Source of the DNA: an uncultured virus (IMG/VR IMGVR_UViG_3300037189_025930)
Taxonomy: Duplodnaviria > Heunggongvirae > Uroviricota > Caudoviricetes
DNA: 64,000 nt
Reading direction: 5' to 3' (one strand)
IMG/VR virus record: IMGVR_UViG_3300037189_025930
The notes beneath the pieces were generated by a model that was not told the DNA's origin, made no database searches, and worked only from the letters and a program-made list of their open reading frames with translations. Positions 22,040-31,987 of the stretch are shown piece by piece; the stretch's first letter is position 1, and each line of letters begins with the position of its first letter. The position numbers and the translations under genes were made by a program.

Positions 22040-22894
22040 TTAAAAAATTTTTACAGGTTGTTTTTCTGGGTAATTAATAATAAACTGCTCAAAAAAATCA
22101 CAAGATATTTCTTTAGCCTTCATTATATCACCTATAAAATCTTCAAGATTACTTTTATTTATTGCTTTTAAATTTTTCCAAAAATCTGAATATTGACATC
22201 TAGTTGATAAATTTATATCGCCTAGAATATCGTCTGTTTTTCGTGACATATCTAATAATTCATAGTGTTCCTCATATATATGTAAACTACCTATATTAAC
22301 TTGATAAAAACCAACATTAATACCTAGTTGATTTGCTATGATTTCTTGTAATAGAGTAAAAGTAAATTGATCAATACATTCTCCTCTAATTAAATCTCGA
22401 CTTCTAGCGTTAACTATTAAATGTAATCTTTTATCACGAATTAAAAATTGATAATTAGGCGTACAAACAGTATCTTTGCCATAATAATTTGAAAAATCAT
22501 TATTAAATAAATTAACTACAGCTTGTCTTGAATCATTATCTTTTTCTAACTTTCTTATAATATTTATTATCTGATTTCCAGCACAAAATCCATAATTAGA
22601 ATTTACTTTTTCTCCATCATCACTATAATGTGCCCAGTGTTTTAAAAACGGAGTAATAATTTCTATTTTTGGATTACCTGTCATATACCATAAAAATTCT
22701 GCTAAAGCTCCTTTCAATGGAAACTTTCTATCAGATAAATTTATTATCCTAGCTCTTGGATTTAATATTCTTATAGATACACCATAAACCTCCTTTGTTT
22801 TAGTACCTCTTGTATTAATATCACTGCCGTATTTTTTTATTAGATCAATAGAATCTAATAACATTGAATTTGCGTCATATACTTGTAAAAACAT
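22040..22894 (-). CDS. thymidylate-synthase-fold enzyme, probable dCMP hydroxymethylase/methylase
   Basis: AEFLWY, DSRQAV, DTVCT, RSRDLIRGECID, GSLHIYE; Asp at the ThyA Asn177 position. Confidence 0.75.
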   Translation of the reverse strand: MFLQVYDANSMLLDSIDLIKKYGSDINTRGTKTKEVYGVSIRILNPRARIINLSDRKFPLKGALAEFLWYMTGNPKIEIITPFLKHWAHYSDDGEKVNSNYGFCAGNQIINIIRKLEKDNDSRQAVVNLFNNDFSNYYGKDTVCTPNYQFLIRDKRLHLIVNARSRDLIRGECIDQFTFTLLQEIIANQLGINVGFYQVNIGSLHIYEEHYELLDMSRKTDDILGDINLSTRCQYSDFWKNLKAINKSNLEDFIGDIMKAKEISCDFFEQFIINYPEKQPVKIF

Positions 22895-23226
22895 TAATCT
22901 TCCTCAATTAAAAAATATAACGCTTGTAAATCAACAGGTGAAATCTCTATATTAGAATTAATAATATCAGATTTTTTAATTTTTTCAAAACTGTTTATAT
23001 CAATCGTTGTTTCTCTTAAAAATTTTTCAAATTGTTCTTGTTTATTCTCTTCACCATAATCTTCTAAAATCTTCTTTTGTACGATAGTAATATTATCATA
23101 CTCATTTTGTATTTGCTTTAAAAGTTTTAAAAACTTAAAAGCAAAAGAGGAATTCATTTTTTGAGAAAAAACATTGTCTAAACTTTGTTTTACGGTAACT
23201 AAATGAATTAATTTTATATTGTCCAT
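22894..23226 (-). CDS. hypothetical protein
   Basis: coupled ORF between DnaE-C and the ThyA-fold gene. Confidence 0.6.
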   Translation of the reverse strand: MDNIKLIHLVTVKQSLDNVFSQKMNSSFAFKFLKLLKQIQNEYDNITIVQKKILEDYGEENKQEQFEKFLRETTIDINSFEKIKKSDIINSNIEISPVDLQALYFLIEED

Positions 23227-25256
23227 GAATAGAAATCTCCATTTTTTTTAATTTTTGCTTTATAAGATAATCCATCTTCAAAATTAACAGATATATCCCA
23301 TAAAAATATACTACACTTATTTCCGTTATTTAAATCGATAATTGATAATATCTTATATGGTTTTCCTGCCTTCTTAGTTTTAGCGCTTCTTTTAGAAACA
23401 ACTGTAAAAGCACATATTCCAAAATTACCATCTTCAATAGAATCAATAGAAATTGTATTTATTATATCTTGCTTATCTATAGATGAATAAGATATATTAC
23501 AATTTATTGCTTCCCTTTCTCGATTTAAAAAATCTCTTTTAGTCCATCTTAAAGTATTAGACTCACCTTTAATAGAACAATACTGTTCATAACAATCTTT
23601 TGGATCTTCGTCAAAAGCATTACTAAAAATTAGATTTTCAATAACTTTTTTATTAACGACTCTTTTACCTTTCATTCGAGATAAGAAATTTTGAAAACTT
23701 GTGTATTCTCCATTATCTCTTTCTTTTACTATTTCATCAGCTGCTTTATCCATTCCTGTAATATAACTCAAACCATATCTAATTACAAGTTCTGATTCTT
23801 TGATAAAAAACAAATGACTCTTATTAACATCTGGTTTTAAAAAGTCAATCTTACTTTCAGAGATAGCAGATGAAACATAATTATTAACATCGTCTTTACT
23901 TCCAGTATTTAATGCCCCTAACCAAAATTCAGTTGGATGATAATATTTTTGATATAATTGGTTATAAGAAACAAAAGAATATGCTACTGAATGTATAACT
24001 GAAAATAAGTATGTACTTCCAATAATAAACCAGTTCAATATTCCTTTTTCTGGTAATGGTAAAAATCCTCTTTTATCTAATTCAAAATTAATAAACTTTT
24101 TACCAATTTCGCCTATATCTTCTTCACTTAAAAAAGGAATTAGATATTTACTAAGAATATCTATCATGTCTGTGTGCCATGCTCGTAGTAACTCTGGCTT
24201 GCCTTGAAGAGAATCAACTAATCCATGCTTGCCCACGAATTTAGATAATTTTTTTCTAACTGAATTACCATCTCCAAAAGAATATTTTTCTTTTGATATT
24301 TTTTGAATCATAGAACTTAATTGTTCTTGATAAATAAGAACACCGTAAGTTGGTTTCAAGATTGGATATATAGTTTGAAAAAGATCTTCACTAATTTCAG
24401 ACCTAAGAGATGAAATCCATTCAGCTTCTTGTGAATTACTTAGAATTTTATATTTTTCATACATCGCTCTTCCACCTTCTGTTCCCATTTGACGAATCAT
24501 ACCAGAAGCGTTACTAAGATCATAAATACTTTCCATTTTTAAATCTGTAAAAGATCTTTTTCCAAGTGGACTTTCAAATTGAAAAATATTTTTATGATGT
24601 CCTTTTTTACAAATAGAAAATGGTTCTAAATTGACTTTATAATCTTCATAATATTTTTTATCACCTAATAAATATTTAACATATAGAACTTGTGAAAGAG
24701 CAGTTACTCCTAATAAATCATATTTAATAAAACCACAAACATCTTGTAATTCATCCTTATCATATAAAGTTGCTGGTATTCCACTATGACTTCTTTGTAA
24801 TGGAACATATTTTTGTAAAGGATAATCTTCTCCGCTAATTACAACTCCTCCAGCATGAACTCCAAAATTAGAAGTTACACCAACTATTTGAGAAGCTATT
24901 CTTACTGCTTCTGGATAATTTCTATTATATTCACTAAAAACTTTTGACCTTTTGATATTTTCTTCAATAGAATAATTATCATCTATTTCTTTCGTCACCG
25001 CAAAAGTTTCACTAGGAGGTATATTATAAGTTCTAGCAATATCCCTTAGTGCACTTTTAATAGAATAAATTGTTCTTACACCAACTAGTGCAAAATGAAT
25101 ATTTCCATCTCGATTATATTTTTTAGATAGATGTTGTAATATATAGTCTCTACCTTTATTTGTTAAAGGATTATTAGAGAAGTCAATATCAGCATCTATA
25201 AAGTCCATACCTGCTTCCCTAAGAAAAACATTTCTCTTAGACACTATTCTGGCCAT
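23214..25256 (-). CDS. dnaE: DNA polymerase III alpha, C-terminal part (palm, fingers, HhH)
   Basis: DADIDF, GVHAGGVVI, IKYDLLGV, IFQFES, TYGVLIYQEQ, HSVAYS, PDVNKS, IRYGLSYI. Confidence 0.93.
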   Translation of the reverse strand: MARIVSKRNVFLREAGMDFIDADIDFSNNPLTNKGRDYILQHLSKKYNRDGNIHFALVGVRTIYSIKSALRDIARTYNIPPSETFAVTKEIDDNYSIEENIKRSKVFSEYNRNYPEAVRIASQIVGVTSNFGVHAGGVVISGEDYPLQKYVPLQRSHSGIPATLYDKDELQDVCGFIKYDLLGVTALSQVLYVKYLLGDKKYYEDYKVNLEPFSICKKGHHKNIFQFESPLGKRSFTDLKMESIYDLSNASGMIRQMGTEGGRAMYEKYKILSNSQEAEWISSLRSEISEDLFQTIYPILKPTYGVLIYQEQLSSMIQKISKEKYSFGDGNSVRKKLSKFVGKHGLVDSLQGKPELLRAWHTDMIDILSKYLIPFLSEEDIGEIGKKFINFELDKRGFLPLPEKGILNWFIIGSTYLFSVIHSVAYSFVSYNQLYQKYYHPTEFWLGALNTGSKDDVNNYVSSAISESKIDFLKPDVNKSHLFFIKESELVIRYGLSYITGMDKAADEIVKERDNGEYTSFQNFLSRMKGKRVVNKKVIENLIFSNAFDEDPKDCYEQYCSIKGESNTLRWTKRDFLNREREAINCNISYSSIDKQDIINTISIDSIEDGNFGICAFTVVSKRSAKTKKAGKPYKILSIIDLNNGNKCSIFLWDISVNFEDGLSYKAKIKKNGDFYSWTI

Positions 25257-25331
25257 GTTTACTCCTATATTTTAACCCAATATTTAATATATACTATAAT
25301 TATATTATATAGTATAATATGTGTCTATGTC

Positions 25332-26003
25332 TTAGCCTAAATTAATTCTACCTAATAGTTCCTTAAATTTATCATAAGAATTATTAATATCATCATAACT
25401 ATTTATAATCTCTTTTAAAGAATTAAAGGTATCTATCCAAGGATATAAGATGCAAAAACTATCTATTCTAGTTTCCTCATCAGAATTTAATAAAAAAGCA
25501 ATTAATTTTTCATTTAATATTTCAAATAAACTATCATATCCAAGAATTTCATATTTTTTAATTGAATAATCTTCTTGATTAAAAACATTATTTTTTAATT
25601 TTAAATTGTAATAAATAAAAGATAAAATAATAGATTGATTGATATTGAATTCTAAACAAATATCAAAACCATTTAATTCTTTATAAGTTTTTTTCTCTGT
25701 TTCGTCTAAATCAAAAACTTTTAAAATTTCATTTTTTTGATTTAAAACATATATATACCTAGTAAATGGATCGTAATAATAATATATCTCTGTAATTATT
25801 TGTCCAAATAACATTTTTTCATATATTTTAAAGTCAGCTATAAAAAAATCAGATTCTTTATCACATGTACAAAGATCTGGATCGTTAAAAGTTTCTCCTT
25901 CAAGACAAGGATAACATATTTCTTTTTCAAAAACCTCTTCTCTAATTAAATGAGAAAAAAGATAAAAATTACGTTGTATTTGTTGATCATCTAAACGAAT
26001 CAT
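25332..26003 (-). CDS. hypothetical protein
   Basis: 223-aa ORF coupled to the upstream gene. Confidence 0.6.
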   Translation of the reverse strand: MIRLDDQQIQRNFYLFSHLIREEVFEKEICYPCLEGETFNDPDLCTCDKESDFFIADFKIYEKMLFGQIITEIYYYYDPFTRYIYVLNQKNEILKVFDLDETEKKTYKELNGFDICLEFNINQSIILSFIYYNLKLKNNVFNQEDYSIKKYEILGYDSLFEILNEKLIAFLLNSDEETRIDSFCILYPWIDTFNSLKEIINSYDDINNSYDKFKELLGRINLG

Positions 26004-26557
26004 TTATCCTGTTGAATTTTTTCTATTTTGGAGAAAACTTTTTTCTCTTCCTTTATTTTAGAAAAATCTTCGAATAAATATTTTTGAACTAAATCATCTA
26101 TATGTTCTGATATAGTTCTTTTCTTTTTTTCTTCTCGTTTCTCTTGAATATTATCTTCTTCAGCTGACTTCATATTTTCCACTAATTTTCGACTCCATTC
26201 ATAAGCTTCATCTCCTCCCCATATTAACCAACTAATATAAGAACGATTTGGATTTTGATGATCATGTTTATCTTTAAAAGCACTGTGACGAGAGAAAAAA
26301 GAATACATTCTTTTTACTGTTTTGGGACTTATATATTCATCATTCATAAGAGTAACAGCTCTTTGAACGCCACTTCCAATACCAAATTTAGAAGCTTGTT
26401 TATTTGTTAATCCACCTTTTCTAGAAGGTGGAGCAGCTTTACGATATTCTAATCCAAGAGCCGCATTATCTCTAATTTTTTGAGATGGTTTAAAATCATT
26501 ATCTTTCAAGCCATACTTATAGAAATGTTTTGGAAGAAGATGATTAGTTTTGTCCAT
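26000..26557 (-). CDS. conserved phage protein, possibly head-associated
   Basis: GVQRA...TVKRMYSFFSRH...ISWLIWGGD motif I recall from phage head-region proteins. Confidence 0.55.
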   Translation of the reverse strand: MDKTNHLLPKHFYKYGLKDNDFKPSQKIRDNAALGLEYRKAAPPSRKGGLTNKQASKFGIGSGVQRAVTLMNDEYISPKTVKRMYSFFSRHSAFKDKHDHQNPNRSYISWLIWGGDEAYEWSRKLVENMKSAEEDNIQEKREEKKKRTISEHIDDLVQKYLFEDFSKIKEEKKVFSKIEKIQQDK

Positions 26558-26586
26558 TATTTTATATTTAATAAACTATATTTTTT

Positions 26587-27120
26587 TTAATTGTTTTTTT
26601 TCAATAAAATTTTTATTTTTTCAAAAATTTTATCATAATATCTATCTTTTTGTAAATCCCATAATATTTTATTTTTAATAGTAGAAATATCGTTAATTAC
26701 AAGATCATATAAAAAAGTCATATATTTAATATTTTCAACTTTAGCAATATCATCTCCTCTAACGATTAAAGAATTTTTAATAAATTCAATATCAGTAAAA
26801 CATCCTATTAATATAGCATTATCACGAATGTGAAATTCAATTTCACTAATTTCTTTAACAGTCAAAGGATCTCTACCATCTTTATAAATTAAAGGGTTTA
26901 CAAATTCTCCTAAATGTAATCTATCACAAATTATATTTTCATTTGATAAATATAAAGATTGTAAGAGTTTAAAATAATGTTCGAAACCATTATAGTCTGA
27001 TGATAATCGTTGCCGATAAGTTATATCTTCTTTATAATATTTAAAATTAAATGTTTTTGCTATTTCTTTAGTTAAAGTTGTTTTTCCTACCCCATCTGTT
27101 CCTTCTACTATTATTATCAT
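26587..27120 (-). CDS. thymidylate-kinase-like NMP kinase
   Basis: IIIVEGTDGVGKTT P-loop, ICDRLHLGE, RGD. Confidence 0.8.
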   Translation of the reverse strand: MIIIVEGTDGVGKTTLTKEIAKTFNFKYYKEDITYRQRLSSDYNGFEHYFKLLQSLYLSNENIICDRLHLGEFVNPLIYKDGRDPLTVKEISEIEFHIRDNAILIGCFTDIEFIKNSLIVRGDDIAKVENIKYMTFLYDLVINDISTIKNKILWDLQKDRYYDKIFEKIKILLKKNN

Positions 27121-27124
27121 TTTA

Positions 27125-27304
27125 TCACCTATTAGATTTACAAGTTAAGCAATTTTTTTGACACTCGAATTTAACTATTATATAAGAAGACTGATTACAA
27201 TGTAATTTAGCCTCTAAAATAGAATTAAAAACATTTAAAGTAAAATCATTAGATTCTGGTAAAACTTTCCACTCGTGACCTTCGTGACTAACAATAACAT
27301 TCAT
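27125..27304 (-). CDS. hypothetical 59-aa protein (not in ORF track)
   Basis: AGGAG RBS; MNVIVSHEGHEW...CQKNCLTCKSNR. Confidence 0.55.
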   Translation of the reverse strand: MNVIVSHEGHEWKVLPESNDFTLNVFNSILEAKLHCNQSSYIIVKFECQKNCLTCKSNR

Positions 27305-27318
27305 AATAACTCCTAATT

Positions 27319-29117
27319 TTATTTATCTACGATACAACCTAAAAGAACATGTAATCTTTTGATTTCTTTTGAATTTAAAATTATACAATCCCAATGGCCA
27401 TATTTAGAGTGATATCCAAAAATATATTTTATTCCTAAAACAACTCTTTTCCAAAAAGGCAAATATGAAGAAAGATAAGGAGTCATATACATTTCTTTTT
27501 CTTCTGAATCATAACTTAAAACAAATTGATGTTCTAATGAATTACAGTCACATATAAAAAATTCTTTACTATTATCATTCATTTATATATTTTTCCTTTT
27601 TAAGGTAATCAACTATGTAATTTAAAAAATTTATGTAGAATTGAAATATACTTTTAAACATATAAATAAGTAAATCAAAAATCCAAAAAAGAAAATAATA
27701 AAAAACCTCTAATTCTGTTAGAGTTTCTCCTGTTTCTATTTTTAATTTAATATAAAAATAAGATGAAGTAATTAATCCTATAGATAAATAAATTAAAATA
27801 ATTATTAATTTAATTGTTAATTCCATTATTTACTCCATTTCACACTTAAAAACTCTTTTATTTAAAATTATAGTATTTATTTTTAAACATTGTTTTTCTA
27901 ATTTAGATTCATCTGGATATCCAGAACTAACTAAATAAACAAATACACCAACATTTAACGCTAAAAGCAAATACAATAAAAATATAATAACTAACATCTT
28001 ACCTATCGAATCATAAGCTTTTATTTTTTTAATTTTTTCATTCGTGAAATTCATTTTTAATTATCCTATATCGTCGTGATATCCTTGAAACACTGAATAA
28101 AATTCATCTCTAATTTCATCAATTTTTTTATATACTTCTTCAGAGTGTTCTTCGTATTTATAAATCTTTCTTAAATAGTTTTCAAATTCATTAATCATAC
28201 TAAGATATTTTGATCCTCTTTGAGCAACAAGAAACTCTGCTTCCTCTTCTGGTAAATTAAACTCTATCGTTACTTTCATAATTATAAACCATTTTTATTA
28301 TCTCTATGATCAGATATTTTTTTTAGAATATAATCTATTTTATGTAACGCCATACTTTGATCTTCTAAAATACTTTTAACCTCACTATAAAGTACCCAAT
28401 TGCCATCATCGCTAAGATCATATTTAATCCCAGTGATTTGGTTATCTTTTATAAGTTCACTAATTACATATCTTTGTATTTTAATTTTTTCCATATATAA
28501 TTATATATAAAATAAATAGTAATGTCTAATTAATCCAGCAATTATTTATTTCATCCCAATGTCGATTATCATAAATACCTATATTTAGAATATAACCTAA
28601 AATACATATTTCTAAAAATGGACCAGCGTGATCTTGTCCAGAAAAAATAATATTTAATTCAATTCCAAACCAATAATAAGAATATTTCATAATTTGAAAT
28701 TCAAAAACCTTATGCTTTGTAAAAGTTTTAACATATAAATATAAACTTCTAAAATCGTTTTTATATTTACCTCTTTTAAATTTTAAATTGAAAAACATAC
28801 ATTTACTCCTTCATAAAATCTATAAATATTTTAAAATCATTGATATCTTCATTTTTTACTATTTGATAATTTTTATCTATAACTATAAAACCAAACTCTA
28901 AATCCGTATAAAACTCAAAATAAATTTCATAATATTGATCTTTTTTAAAATAAAAAGCATATCCTATTCCAGTATCATCAACCTCTAATTCAGAAATTCT
29001 ATCAGGAATAACATTTTCTAATATTAATAAATTAAGAAAATCTTTTGCAAGATTAAAAACATTTTTATTTATATTAAAATTTTCTTTTAAGTAAAAAAGA
29101 GTGTCGTGTTGGTTCAT
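27319..29117 (-). CDS. run of seven small hypothetical genes (27319, 27575, 27830, 28061, 28282, 28526, 28803), two with TM segments
   Basis: tightly packed co-oriented ORFs between the DnaE halves. Confidence 0.6.
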
Positions 29118-29119
29118 TT

Positions 29120-30769
29120 TTAAATATCTAAATCGTCTTCTTCTGTAATATCTTTAACTAATTTCTGTGATCCATTTTTTAATTTAATCATATCTTTTGG
29201 TTTTAAATCTAAAATTCTTCCATCATCTAAATTAAGTCTTATTCTTTCAGCATCATTAGCGCTCTTCTTATCGTTAATAAATCTTTCAAATGGAAAATTC
29301 CACTCTACTGGATCAACTCTTGTTAGACCAAGAATATAAAAAATAAGACTCGCACCAGCACTACCTCTACCAGGACCAACTGGTATATCTTCGTTTTTTG
29401 CAAAATCAATAATTTCTTTTAATAATAAAATATAAGAACTTAATCCGCCATTTTTAATAGCTAAAAATTCTTTTTTAAAGCGTTCCGTATATATTTTATC
29501 TTTATCTAAATTTAATTTTTTAAGTCCATCTAAACAAATATCAAAAAGTCTTTCATTACTATTATCATATATTGGTAATTTAAGATCGTTATCCCATTCC
29601 CATTCTTCTATTTTTTCTAAAATATTTTTATTATTTTCAATTGCTTCATCTATCACTGGTCTTAATTCTGGAAACTGAAAAGCGTGTACTACTAATTCTC
29701 TTTGATTTTTAAAAGAAAGATCTGCACTTTCAATCATCCAAACTTTATTAGTTTCTTCAATTTTTTTAATCCAAAAATCCCATTTATCTTCTTCATTCAC
29801 AACTCCAATTTTTTTAGATATTCTAAGATTTTCTTTAATATCTTCTAATTTAACTCCATTAAATTCTTCGCCTTTATCAAGTTTTTTTCTTCGAGTTTCA
29901 CCTTTAGAAGTTTCATAAGTAATTCTCCAAATCTTTTTACCTATATCTTCTACTTTTTGTTCACCTTGAAGAAGAAGAAAAATTTCATGGCTCTTAGAAT
30001 AATCATTATTAAGATAATGAGAATCAGTACCCATAACTAATTGAATATTACTTTTTTTAGAAAGATCAATTAATTTTTTATTTACAAATCTTTGTTCTTC
30101 TAATTCGTGTGGTTGAATTTCTAAATACCAATCATCTCTAAGTTCTTCTTTCATAATATTTGCATGATCATAAGCAAAATTATCTTTTCCATTTAAATAA
30201 TCTTTGGGTATAACTCCGCTTAAACAAGAACTTGTAACTATTAAACCTCTATCTCCATTTTTATCTTTTGGAACACTAAATAATTCTTTAAGAGTTATTA
30301 AAGGCTTAAAATAAAATCCAGATAAAGATCCTATGTTATGTAATTGTAAAAGATTTCTTAAACCGTGTTCATTCTTGGCTAAAACTATGAGATGATTATA
30401 TCTTTTAATTTCTTCAAATTCATAATTAAGATTTCTGATTTCTTCATCTACATTCTTTTTTTCATCTTTAGACAAACCAGTTAATTCTTTGAGTTCTTCA
30501 AGTTTTTTTCTAATTTCAAATAATCTTTCTCTTTGTAAAGAAAGATAAAATTCAACCCCATAAACTGGTTTTATTTTATGTTTTTTAGCACTTCGATAAT
30601 ATTGAACAATACCTGCTCCCCAACCATGATCAGTTAAAGAAAAGGACATATTATTTTTAGAACAAATTTTTGCCATCTCATCTATCGATGCAGTACAATC
30701 TCTTACTGATCCAACGTTAGAGTGACAATGGAGAGAAAGAAATGGCCTTGAACTATTTTTATTTTCCAT
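29120..30769 (-). CDS. dnaE: DNA polymerase III alpha, N-terminal part (PHP domain)
   Basis: LHCHS, LTDHG, GVEFY, HLIVLAKN, TDSHY, VGPGRGSAGASL, VDP...FERF. Confidence 0.93.
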   Translation of the reverse strand: MENKNSSRPFLSLHCHSNVGSVRDCTASIDEMAKICSKNNMSFSLTDHGWGAGIVQYYRSAKKHKIKPVYGVEFYLSLQRERLFEIRKKLEELKELTGLSKDEKKNVDEEIRNLNYEFEEIKRYNHLIVLAKNEHGLRNLLQLHNIGSLSGFYFKPLITLKELFSVPKDKNGDRGLIVTSSCLSGVIPKDYLNGKDNFAYDHANIMKEELRDDWYLEIQPHELEEQRFVNKKLIDLSKKSNIQLVMGTDSHYLNNDYSKSHEIFLLLQGEQKVEDIGKKIWRITYETSKGETRRKKLDKGEEFNGVKLEDIKENLRISKKIGVVNEEDKWDFWIKKIEETNKVWMIESADLSFKNQRELVVHAFQFPELRPVIDEAIENNKNILEKIEEWEWDNDLKLPIYDNSNERLFDICLDGLKKLNLDKDKIYTERFKKEFLAIKNGGLSSYILLLKEIIDFAKNEDIPVGPGRGSAGASLIFYILGLTRVDPVEWNFPFERFINDKKSANDAERIRLNLDDGRILDLKPKDMIKLKNGSQKLVKDITEEDDLDI

Positions 30770-30801
30770 ATCTAATTATATATCCTTACTGTTAATATGT
30801 T

Positions 30802-31021
30802 TTAAATAATTAATTCGGGGGGGTGGTTTTCTGAACACCACTTTTTAATTCTTTTACATGCTTCTATTGAATCATCTCCATTTTCTAATTCACCCATTTG
30901 ATGATAAGAATAACAAGTATTTTCAATTTCATTTTCAAATATAAAATAACCAGTTTCTTTTTCTAAAATAATTTTTTTGAAAAAGTCTTTTTTTTATAAA
31001 AAGATAAGTGTAATTACTCAT
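30802..31021 (-). pseudogene. frameshifted small gene ending KWCSENHPPELII
   Basis: ATG at 31021 joins the long frame if one A is removed from an A8 run; C-terminus resembles 32685..32933 (KKWLLKNHPEYIL). Confidence 0.45.
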
Positions 31022-31301
31022 ATATATCTTTACAAAATTTGGATATTATGTGTCCAACATTAATTTTAAAAGCAGTTCCTATATGTCCAGTACCAAAATT
31101 AAATATTAATGCTTGATCAGTAGATGCTCCATAATCATCTGAACTCCAATAATAAGCGTTTTCAAATCCACTTTCTTTATTCTTATAAGCTTCTAATAAT
31201 TCATTTATGTTTGGTAATCTTTGATCCTTTTTTTCTAAATCTTTTGCATCATACCAACTCATTTTACGAAGTGCTTTTAAATTTAACCATTCAATTTTCA
31301 T
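31014..31301 (-). CDS. DUF1566/Lcl-like domain protein
   Basis: MSWYDA, RLPNINEL, YYWSS, FNFGTG. Confidence 0.7.
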   Translation of the reverse strand: MKIEWLNLKALRKMSWYDAKDLEKKDQRLPNINELLEAYKNKESGFENAYYWSSDDYGASTDQALIFNFGTGHIGTAFKINVGHIISKFCKDIYE

Positions 31302-31314
31302 TTTTTCATTATCC

Positions 31315-31899
31315 TCATAACGTAGTTATACTTTGAGTTTGAGAAATTTTTATCGTTTGTGTTTCATGTTGCACGATTTTTTGTTCTTGTTCTTTATTCT
31401 CATATTTCTCTACCTTACATAATCTTACTAAAAAAGCAGAATTAGTTTTCATAGATGTATAATTAAATCCATATAGAAAATTAAAATGATAGGCCATAAC
31501 ACCTCCAGAAGATTCTGTGCAACTCCAATAAGAAATTGGCTTAAATCCTTCAGTTTTAGTGTCGAAAGCGTTTTTTAATTGAAATAAACTAGGTAGTATC
31601 CATCCATCACCTTCTAATTCTTTAGCTTGATACCAATTCATTGTTCTAGGTTCAGTATCTTTCCATTTTAAATTCATTTGAACTAACATATCTATTTCAT
31701 CAGATAAACACTCTACTACCATGAATATATCATTAAAATCTTGATAATCATACCATATTTTTTGATTATCATCTTCAAAAAAACATTTAATTGCTGAATT
31801 TGCTTTTTTCAAAACTTCAATTTCAAAGAAATGTTTTTCTCCATAACTATCTTTTAAAATTAAATATTTTTTTCCTACTTCTAAATCTTTTGATTCCAT
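31315..31899 (-). CDS. DUF1566/Lcl-like domain protein with N-terminal extension
   Basis: MNWYQA, GWILPSLFQL, SYWSCT, VRLC. Confidence 0.7.
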   Translation of the reverse strand: MESKDLEVGKKYLILKDSYGEKHFFEIEVLKKANSAIKCFFEDDNQKIWYDYQDFNDIFMVVECLSDEIDMLVQMNLKWKDTEPRTMNWYQAKELEGDGWILPSLFQLKNAFDTKTEGFKPISYWSCTESSGGVMAYHFNFLYGFNYTSMKTNSAFLVRLCKVEKYENKEQEQKIVQHETQTIKISQTQSITTL

Positions 31900-31987
31900 A
31901 TTTCCTCTTTTATAATATTATATTTTTAAAAACTTTAAGTGTACAAACATAAAAATAGGAAGAACATTTTATTTATTCGATAATTAA

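Noticed and set aside
29120..29263. Functional split intein
   Set aside because: No block A, no TxxH and no terminal Asn plus nucleophile; reported instead as a remnant.
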